From assembly GCA_011772495.1 (NCBI GenBank), contig WVZL01000048.1:24465-88464 (forward strand): a stretch of 64,000 bases of DNA, in the 5' to 3' direction. The number at the start of each line of letters is the position of its first letter. The stretch's first letter is position 1. Below the pieces are notes generated by a model, which was not told the origin of the DNA, did no database searches, and worked only from the letters and a program-made list of their open reading frames with translations. The translations under genes were made by a program, and so were the position numbers. This document shows, one piece after another, positions 57,776 to 64,000 of this stretch. The DNA comes from Candidatus Aminicenantes bacterium. GTDB taxonomy: Bacteria > Acidobacteriota > Aminicenantia > Aminicenantales > Aminicenantaceae.

Positions 57776-58600
57776 TTATAATTCCAGGGATAAGGCTAGT
57801 TTCTTATCCGATAACAGCAAGCCTATATTTTTTTTTCTTTTATTCGCCAGATATTTTTTCACGGCCAGAAAGCCGAGGTATTTTCCGGCTCGAGGGGGGA
57901 TGCTCAATTCTGAGCTTCCCTTGTGATAGAAATCCATCAATTCCTGTTTGGTGAATGTTCCTGAACCATGGACTTCTTTCAAGTAACGTTCATTTTCCTG
58001 GCACCAGTTTAGTCTGTCTCTGCTGAAGAGAAGATGGTCGTATAATTTAAAGTTGGGGAAGGTTAAGTAGGAGAAACAGGTTGCAATTCCCTCTGAAATC
58101 AAGAGCCACTCTAAATTTTTTCTTTCAGGAACTTCGCCTTTGCTCGAATGCAGAAGAAAATGAGCATACTCATGAGTAAACAGGATTCTCAAGAGCCTGA
58201 AATCATTAAATCTCTCCAGGCCAAAACAAATAACTGGTTTTCTCTTGAATTTAAGAATAAAGCCTTCGGGGCTGAAAAAGCCTATGAGAAGATAGACGTT
58301 TGGCTCTTGCTTAGGAGGAGCAAGCCTTCTACACTTCTGGTAGGCTTCTTTGATTATCTGCTCTGGGGAACAGCCTGAGATGAGATCTCTCAAGAGGGAG
58401 TAATCTGAGGTTTTGATCGATTCCACTCTTTGTTTAAGGCTGGAGAAGTTTATGAACGGGAAGTGAGAAAAGTAATTCTCCAAGAATTCTTTGTGAGGCT
58501 CATAGTAATGAGTTGAATAGATTTTCCACTGTTTTAGATGAGGCATGGTCTTATCCAGGAATATGAAAAAATCCTTGTACAGAGAATAGATTTTCATCAA
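57776..58600 (-). CDS. Predicted Zn-metalloprotease (DUF2268-like, HExxH)
   Basis: LFTHEYAH plus downstream ISEGIA and RAGKYLGF segments. Confidence 0.7.
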   Translation of the reverse strand: MMKIYSLYKDFFIFLDKTMPHLKQWKIYSTHYYEPHKEFLENYFSHFPFINFSSLKQRVESIKTSDYSLLRDLISGCSPEQIIKEAYQKCRRLAPPKQEPNVYLLIGFFSPEGFILKFKRKPVICFGLERFNDFRLLRILFTHEYAHFLLHSSKGEVPERKNLEWLLISEGIATCFSYLTFPNFKLYDHLLFSRDRLNWCQENERYLKEVHGSGTFTKQELMDFYHKGSSELSIPPRAGKYLGFLAVKKYLANKRKKNIGLLLSDKKLALSLEL

Positions 58601-58697
58601 CTCTTTTTTATCATCATTCCTTAGAATGAATCAATCGGACTGGCCATTTTTTTTTAAAAATTATCACTTTAATCCTATTAATTTTATATTTAAAATG

Positions 58698-58706
58698 TGC
58701 TAGAAT
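58698..58706 (+). promoter_or_regulatory. Extended -10 element of RNA unit 2
   Basis: TGcTAGAAT. Confidence 0.55.
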
Positions 58707-58722
58707 ATATGTATATCCTGCT

Positions 58723-58793
58723 GTGCTGGCTGGGCAGGGCTCACACCCTCCTTTAGCACCCTTTTGCTTATTTTCCCTTAAAACAGCCAGCAC
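58723..58793 (+). ncRNA. Candidate sibling small RNA, unit 2
   Basis: Perfect 10-bp terminal stem GTGCTGGCTG/CAGCCAGCAC; same invariant blocks; interior CCCTCCTTT. Confidence 0.55.
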
Positions 58794-58814
58794 TCTCTTA
58801 TAATTATTCAGATA

Positions 58815-58892
58815 GGGGACGGTTCTATTTTTTTATTTTTACCTATATCTCATAGTACAAGGCTCTCTGTTTTAAAAAATAGAACCGTCCCC
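58815..58892. repeat. REP/MITE-like element: 19-bp inverted repeats GGGGACGGTTCTATTTTTT, 40-nt spacer
   Basis: Arms at 58815-58833 and 58874-58892; sits between RNA units 2 and 3. Confidence 0.9.
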
Positions 58893-58961
58893 ATTTTACA
58901 TTTTACACTCTCTTATAATTTGGGCATTATTTAAGCTTGATTTTTTATTTTATTAAAAGTG

Positions 58962-58970
58962 TGCTATAAT
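58962..58970 (+). promoter_or_regulatory. Extended -10 element of RNA unit 3
   Basis: TGcTATAAT (consensus). Confidence 0.6.
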
Positions 58971-58986
58971 ATAAAAAACCATGTTT

Positions 58987-59063
58987 TGCTGGCTGGGCAT
59001 GGTCCCCTTCTTTTAAAACATTTCATAGCCCCCTTTTGCTGATTTTCCCCCGGACAGCCAGCG
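58987..59063 (+). ncRNA. Candidate sibling small RNA, unit 3
   Basis: TGCTGGCTG/CAGCCAGCG stem; GCTGGCTGGGCA and CCCTTTTGCTGATTTTCCC blocks. Confidence 0.55.
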
Positions 59064-59131
59064 CTTTTCTTCTCTGAGGGCGAAATTCCATTTTCTCTGT
59101 TTCTGAGGCTGGTCTTGCGCCCCTTTTCTGA

Positions 59132-59160
59132 TTGACAAACTTTTGTCCTATCTCAATAAT
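59132..59160 (+). promoter_or_regulatory. Sigma70-type promoter of the CoA-ligase cluster, overlapped by a palindrome
   Basis: TTGACA-N17-AATAAT; GACAAA-N2-TTTGTC at 59134-59147. Confidence 0.6.
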
Positions 59161-59183
59161 AAGAGACTGAAAGGAAACTCGGA

Positions 59184-60743
59184 GTGTCAAGACTCTACGA
59201 ATACCAGAGCAAGAAGCTATTGAAAAAGGCCGGGATCCGCATTCCTGAGGGAGGAGTGGCTTCTACCCCAAAGGAGGCTTTGACGATCGCTCAGGAAATC
59301 GGCCGACCAGTGGTGTTAAAGATTCAGGTTTGGGTAACAGGGAGGGCAGGTATCGGAGGCATTCAATTTGCGGACACCCCTCAGGAGGCTGAGAAAGCAG
59401 CGAACCAGATGCTGGGGATGAAGGTGAAAAATTTCACAGTGGATAAGGTCTTAGTCGAGGAAAAACTCCAGATCAAGACCGAGTATTTTACGGGTCTGGT
59501 CATCGACGATTCAAAGAAGTCTCCCCTGCTCGTGTTCAGCTCAGTGGGGGGGACAGGTATCGAGGATATAGCCAAGAATCATCCTAAAAAAATTTCTCAA
59601 ATCTCGGTTGATGTTTCAACCGGTCTCAGGGATTACCAAGCCCGAAACCTCATCCGGAAAGCAGGCTTTTCCGGGAAACTCCTTGTTCAACTGGCAGGGA
59701 TTCTAACCAGACTTTATCGAGTAGCACAAGCCTACGATGCTCGCTCAGCGGAGATAAATCCTCTTGTTCTTACAGAAGATAATCTCGTCTATGCCGCTGA
59801 TTGCCATCTCGTCATCGACGACTACGCTGTTTTTCGACATCCGGAGCTGGGAATAGAGGTAGCCCGGGAGTTTGACCGGCCCCCAACCCCTCTTGAGAAG
59901 ATAGCTTATCAGGCAGAGGAGGGGGATTACCGAGGGACTTTTTATTTTTTCCAGATGGCTGAAAAGATTCCTGAGCAGGAGGATTATATCGGATTTCATG
60001 GAGCTGGAGGAGGCGGTTCTATGATGTCTATGGATGCAGTCCTAGATAAAGGATTCAAACTGGCTAACTACTGCGACACGAGCGGCAATCCTTCAGCCAG
60101 CAAAGTTTACCGGGCAGCCAAGATCATTCTCTCCCAGCCCCATCTTCGAGGCTATTTTGCCTCTGGTTCAGGGGTGGCCAGCCAGGAACAGTACCATTCT
60201 GCCCGGGGAATGGTGAAAGCTTTTCAGGAGGAAAAACTGGAGATTCCTGGCATTATCCGTTTGGGAGGCAATTACGAGGAGAAAGCTATCGAGATCCTCA
60301 AGGCCTACTTGAAGGATATCCCGGCCAAGGTTGAGGGGTACGGGCGGGACGATTCGCCCGAGTTTTGTGCCCAAAGGCTGGAAGAGCTAATAAGGGAAAA
60401 CAAATCTCTCGCCTACAAGGTCAAGCCTTTAACTGAGCCTTCTTTTGGCCCCAAGAGGTACAATTTTGAAACCGTGACCGGTAGGATTTTCTTTGATCAT
60501 CAGAAGTGCCCGAACTGTAAGACCAAAGGATGCATCGAGGCCTGCACAGCTGAGATACTAGAACTAGAAGAGGAAAAACCGGTTCTGGCCGTTTCTGAGG
60601 AAGAGGCAAAAAAAGGGAAATGCACCGAGTGTCTAGCCTGCGAGATCTTCTGCACTTTCCACGAGCAGAAGGCCATTTATATCCAACTTCCCATTCTTGG
60701 ATTAAAGGAATACCGGGAAAAGGTGATCAAAGAAAATAAATAA
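59184..60743 (+). CDS. ATP-grasp acyl-CoA synthetase large subunit (SucC/citryl-CoA synthetase-like) with C-terminal ferredoxin-like domain
   Basis: RLYEYQSK, VLKIQVWVTGRAGIGGI, AEINPLV, GAGGGGS, ANYCDTSGNP; C-terminal CPNCKTKGCIEAC and CTECLACEIFC. Confidence 0.8.
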   Translation: MSRLYEYQSKKLLKKAGIRIPEGGVASTPKEALTIAQEIGRPVVLKIQVWVTGRAGIGGIQFADTPQEAEKAANQMLGMKVKNFTVDKVLVEEKLQIKTEYFTGLVIDDSKKSPLLVFSSVGGTGIEDIAKNHPKKISQISVDVSTGLRDYQARNLIRKAGFSGKLLVQLAGILTRLYRVAQAYDARSAEINPLVLTEDNLVYAADCHLVIDDYAVFRHPELGIEVAREFDRPPTPLEKIAYQAEEGDYRGTFYFFQMAEKIPEQEDYIGFHGAGGGGSMMSMDAVLDKGFKLANYCDTSGNPSASKVYRAAKIILSQPHLRGYFASGSGVASQEQYHSARGMVKAFQEEKLEIPGIIRLGGNYEEKAIEILKAYLKDIPAKVEGYGRDDSPEFCAQRLEELIRENKSLAYKVKPLTEPSFGPKRYNFETVTGRIFFDHQKCPNCKTKGCIEACTAEILELEEEKPVLAVSEEEAKKGKCTECLACEIFCTFHEQKAIYIQLPILGLKEYREKVIKENK

Positions 60744-60767
60744 TACTGAAGGAATGAAGAATTTAGA

Positions 60768-61682
60768 GTGGCTATCTTAGTCAACCAGGAATCAAGAGTC
60801 CTGATCCAGGGTATCACCGGAAGAGAGGGAATGGTTCGAACCCTTCTGATGAAGGATTATGGAACTCTGGTCGTGGCTGGTGTGACCCCAGGCAGAGGAG
60901 GGCAGGACGTTTATGGTGTTCCTGTATTTGACTCGGTGGAGGAAGCTTGGGAAAAAGCAGGGCCTTTGGATATTAGCGTGATTTTTGTCCCTGCTACGCT
61001 GGCGAAAAATGCCGCCTTGGAAGCTCTGGATGCTGGAGTCAAACTCCTGGTTATCATTCCGGACCGGGTTCCCATCTTTGATGTCCTGGAAATCAATCAT
61101 TTTGCCCGCCAGAGAGGAGCTTCTTTTGTCGGACCGAACACCTTAGGCCTGGTAAGCCCAGGAAAGGCTGTGCTGGGCATGATCGGAGGTCGGGCTGAAA
61201 GGGCAAGAGAGTGGTTTCGCCCCGGGGAAGTGGGAGTCAGTTCTCGTAGTGGAGGCATGACTTCTTCCATCTCCTATTATTTGACTGAAGCCGGGCTTGG
61301 ACAGAGCACTATTATCCATGTCGGTGGAGATGCTGTGGTCGGCCTTTCTCATCCCGAAGTGATGGAACTTTTCGAGAAGGATGAACAGACTAAAATGGCG
61401 GTCATGTTCGGTGAAATCGGCACGACCCAGGAGGAGAGGGTAGCTGATTTGATTGAAGACGGGAAATTCACTAAACCCCTGGTAGCCTATATCGGGGGCA
61501 AGGCCGCCAAGTCAGGAACAAGATTTTCCCATGCTGGGGCTATCGTGGAAGGAACTCGTGGCTCCTATGAGAGCAAGGTCAAGAGGCTGAAAGAAGTCGG
61601 AGTCCAGGTGGTTCCCACCATTTCCGATATACCAAAAAAAGCCCTGGAGATGTTGGGAAAATCAAAGGAGAAAGTCAAATGA
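60768..61682 (+). CDS. Acyl-CoA synthetase small (alpha) subunit (SucD/citryl-CoA synthetase-like)
   Basis: VLIQGITGREG, AGVTPGRGG, GPNTLG, SRSGGMT, FGEIG, phospho-His motif FSHAGAI. Confidence 0.88.
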   Translation: MAILVNQESRVLIQGITGREGMVRTLLMKDYGTLVVAGVTPGRGGQDVYGVPVFDSVEEAWEKAGPLDISVIFVPATLAKNAALEALDAGVKLLVIIPDRVPIFDVLEINHFARQRGASFVGPNTLGLVSPGKAVLGMIGGRAERAREWFRPGEVGVSSRSGGMTSSISYYLTEAGLGQSTIIHVGGDAVVGLSHPEVMELFEKDEQTKMAVMFGEIGTTQEERVADLIEDGKFTKPLVAYIGGKAAKSGTRFSHAGAIVEGTRGSYESKVKRLKEVGVQVVPTISDIPKKALEMLGKSKEKVK

Positions 61683-62458
61683 GTGAGCTTCACTGGAAAA
61701 CCGCTGTGACCGAGGTTAAACCCAATAAAATATCTTTAAGAGGATACCCGGTGGATAAGCTCTTGGGGAAAGTCTCTTTTGCTCAGGCGATTTACCTGGT
61801 GCTCAAAGGGGAACTTCCTTCTCCTGAGGTGGGAAAGCTCATCGATGCCATTTTTGTCTCTTCGGTTGACCACGGGGCAAGTCCTCCATCGGTGCTGGCA
61901 GCCAGGACCGTTGCTTCCACCGGGGCGGAATTAAACTCGGCCGTAGCTGCCGGAGTTCAGGCTATCTCCAGGTATCACGGAGGAGCCATCGAAGAGGGAA
62001 TGAAGCTTTTCTTAAAGATAGCTCAAAGAGTCGAAGAGACAAAAAAGAGAGAAGAGGAAGTCATTGATGAGATTTTGAGGGAAATGAAGGAGAGGAAGCA
62101 GCGGGCCTCAGGATTTGGCCATCGCCTTCATACCCAGGATCCAAGAACTAAAAAACTTTTTGCTTTAGCAGAAGAATTAGGGCTGGCCGGGAAATACGTG
62201 CATACAGCTCGAGGAGTGGAGAAAGCCATGGAAAAGCAGCTAGGGAAAGCGCTGCCCATTAATGTTGATGGCGCTATAGCTGCTCTTCTCTGTGAATTGG
62301 AGATTCCTCCGGAGATCGGGAATGCTTTTTTCATCATTGCTCGAGTTCCGGGCCTTGTAGCTCATGTTCATGAAGAGCGCAGCCGGATGAAACCCATGCG
62401 CAAGATTCATCCTCAAGATTATGAATACGATGGTCCTCAGGAAAGGGAGATAAAATGA
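61679..62458 (+). CDS. Citryl-CoA lyase-like protein (short citrate-synthase fold)
   Basis: WKTAVT...LRGYPV, VDHGASPPSVLAARTVAS, GFGHRLH..DPR, INVDGAIA. Confidence 0.8.
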   Translation: MSELHWKTAVTEVKPNKISLRGYPVDKLLGKVSFAQAIYLVLKGELPSPEVGKLIDAIFVSSVDHGASPPSVLAARTVASTGAELNSAVAAGVQAISRYHGGAIEEGMKLFLKIAQRVEETKKREEEVIDEILREMKERKQRASGFGHRLHTQDPRTKKLFALAEELGLAGKYVHTARGVEKAMEKQLGKALPINVDGAIAALLCELEIPPEIGNAFFIIARVPGLVAHVHEERSRMKPMRKIHPQDYEYDGPQEREIK

Positions 62459-62988
62459 AACAAGAATTATTCGATCTTCTGCCTGAATTGAGAGAGATTT
62501 CCGACTCCGACCTGCAAGAAAAGACCATAAAAGTGTGGCAGGAAGCCATAAAGGGAGGAGGCTGGAAAATCGAAGACCTTACCCTGATACCCTTTACCTT
62601 ATTGATCGAGAATATTTCTGTAAACCTCATCGAGCATACGCGGGCTGTTGCCATGTGTTGTGCAGAAATCGCGGCCGCTCTGGAAAAGATGTACGAGGGA
62701 AGAGTGACCATCAAAAAGGATTATCTGCTGGCCGGAGCTCTTCTTCACGATGTGGGGAAGCTGCTCGAGTTTAAGAAAGAGAAAGAAAGGGTTGTGAAGA
62801 GCAGAGAAGGGAAACTCCTTCGCCATCCTATCTCTGGCGCGGCCCTAGCCTATAGCCTGGGGCTTCCCCAGGAGGTCATTCACGTCATTGCTGCTCATTC
62901 CAAAGAGGGCGACGGGGCCAGGCGCTCTGTGGAAGCGGTGATCGTGAATCACGCTGATTTTCTCAATTTTGATATTTTTAAGCTTTAG
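62455..62988 (+). CDS. HD-domain phosphohydrolase
   Basis: EHTRAV, ALLHDVGKL, RHPISGA, IAAHS, HAD. Confidence 0.85.
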   Translation: MKQELFDLLPELREISDSDLQEKTIKVWQEAIKGGGWKIEDLTLIPFTLLIENISVNLIEHTRAVAMCCAEIAAALEKMYEGRVTIKKDYLLAGALLHDVGKLLEFKKEKERVVKSREGKLLRHPISGAALAYSLGLPQEVIHVIAAHSKEGDGARRSVEAVIVNHADFLNFDIFKL

Positions 62989-63002
62989 CAAGGAAGGTAA
63001 AT

Positions 63003-64000
63003 TTGGCTCAGACTTTTTCTGAAAAGATATTCAGCCTGAAAGCAAGGCGTGATGTCAAAGCTGGGGAAGTGGTGATTGTTTCCCCTGATTATCTTCTTTC
63101 CCATGACAATGCTGCCGCTATCATTCAGGAATTCAATAAGCTGGGGATCAAACAGGTGAAAAATCCTCAGAAAATCGTGATTATCTTAGACCATGTGGTG
63201 CCTGCCTCGACCGAGAAATATGCGCAAAACCACCAGCTCATCAGAAAATTCGTGGCTTCCCAGAAGCTCCAGAACTTCTTTGATATCAACTGCGGTATCT
63301 GTCATCAAGTTTTTTCTGAAAAAGGCTTTGCCCTCCCTGGGAAGCTTATCCTAGGCAGTGATTCTCATACCACTAGCTACGGCGCCTTTGGAGCCTTTGC
63401 TGCTGGCATCGGCCGCTCTGAAGTGGCTTCCTTATGGGCGATGGATGAAATCTGGCTCAAGGTGCCGGAGACTATAAAGATTGAGCTAGCAGGAAAGCTT
63501 CCTCCGGGAGTCTATACCAAAGATGTCATCCTGAAGATCATCGGAGAACAAGGAGCTGATAAGGCAAACTATAAAGCGGTGGAGTTTTCAGGAGAGGCAG
63601 CCAAGAATTTCAGCCTGGCTTCCCGCCTGACGATGACCAACATGGCTGCTGAGTTGGGAGCCAAGAACGGATATTTCATACCCAACGAAGAAACCATTCA
63701 TTTTCTCGAAGAAAGAAAAAAAGAAGACTATCAGATCATCAGCTCCGATGATGAGGCGGAGTTTGAAGAGATTATTCAGGTCGATGTCTCTTCTATTGAA
63801 CCGCAGGTGGCCTGTCCTCATACGGTGGACAAAGTAAAGCCTGTATCTGAAGTCGTGGGAACGAAATTCCATCAAGCCTTAATCGGAACCTGCACCAATG
63901 GCCGCCTGGAAGATTTGAGGATCGCCGCTAAGGTTTTAAAAGGGAAAAAGGTGCATCCGGCAGTAAGGGTGCTGGTCATTCCAGCCTCTCAGGAAACCTA
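63003..64000 (+). CDS. Aconitase-family hydratase large subunit (LeuC/HacA type), 3'-truncated by window edge
   Basis: TTG start after AAGGAAGG; MAQTFSEKI, SHDNA, LDHVVP, GICHQV, GSDSHTTSYGAFG, IGTCTNGRLEDL. Confidence 0.9.
   Translation, partial: MAQTFSEKIFSLKARRDVKAGEVVIVSPDYLLSHDNAAAIIQEFNKLGIKQVKNPQKIVIILDHVVPASTEKYAQNHQLIRKFVASQKLQNFFDINCGICHQVFSEKGFALPGKLILGSDSHTTSYGAFGAFAAGIGRSEVASLWAMDEIWLKVPETIKIELAGKLPPGVYTKDVILKIIGEQGADKANYKAVEFSGEAAKNFSLASRLTMTNMAAELGAKNGYFIPNEETIHFLEERKKEDYQIISSDDEAEFEEIIQVDVSSIEPQVACPHTVDKVKPVSEVVGTKFHQALIGTCTNGRLEDLRIAAKVLKGKKVHPAVRVLVIPASQET

Noticed and set aside
57616-59016. Short hydrophobic peptides in the RNA units (MITPAVLAGQGLTLQ, MYILLCWLGRAHTLL, MFCWLGMVPFF) as type I toxins
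   Set aside because: The reading frame is not shared by unit 1, there is no RBS, and in units 1 and 2 the ATG lies only 1-2 nt after the -10 box, upstream of the expected TSS. Minus-strand mini-ORFs are also not conserved.
57631-59063. RNA units as CRISPR array, Y RNA, 6S or SRP RNA
   Set aside because: Spacing is irregular with separate promoters and no cas genes. The Ro-binding bulged-C helix and SRP GNRA/GGAA domain are absent, and the units are too short for 6S.
755-63875. Numerous 60-215-aa ORFs nested in or antisense to recognised genes (e.g. 20830-21474, 36576-37166, 43153-43710, 46256-46786, 63588-63875)
   Set aside because: They fully overlap well-supported genes on another frame or strand, lack RBS and motifs, and read as shadow ORFs.

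Overview
A 64-kb stretch of mostly core chromosome from a diderm (Gram-negative) bacterium: it encodes TamB, an Omp85 protein, an MsbA-like transporter, FadL and a PilQ secretin. Gene content and style resemble an anaerobic Acidobacteriota/Aminicenantes-like lineage, but that taxonomy is inference only. It holds about 55 protein genes, one tRNA-Phe and no integrase, transposase, prophage or CRISPR. Gene order: tamB-omp85-surA-like, fabD, pgsA, mutS, clpB, galU, asd-like, msbA-like, yicC, gmk, coaBC, udg, priA, pilMNOPQ plus two lipoproteins, coaD, pcm, pgm, ftsB, UvrD-nuclease, sppA, an ABC-2 transporter, an ECF sigma/anti-sigma cluster, and a citryl-CoA synthetase/lyase/aconitase-family cluster running off the 3' end. 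The most unusual signal is at 57.6-59.1 kb. Three homologous units each consist of an extended -10 promoter and a ~75-nt terminally paired RNA-like element with an invariant scaffold and a variable, partly anti-Shine-Dalgarno interior. Two of them bracket an HExxH (DUF2268-like) gene on the opposite strand. Other notable points: a PriA lacking Walker A and motif VI (pseudohelicase); an Asd homolog lacking its catalytic residues; a pseudo-receiver GGDEF protein; an unannotated 57-aa Cys-rich ORF; three AAC-N16/17-CGTA ECF-type promoters around the ECF locus; and several dispersed REP/MITE-like and 9-bp tandem repeat families. No database searches were run; family assignments come from motif recognition.
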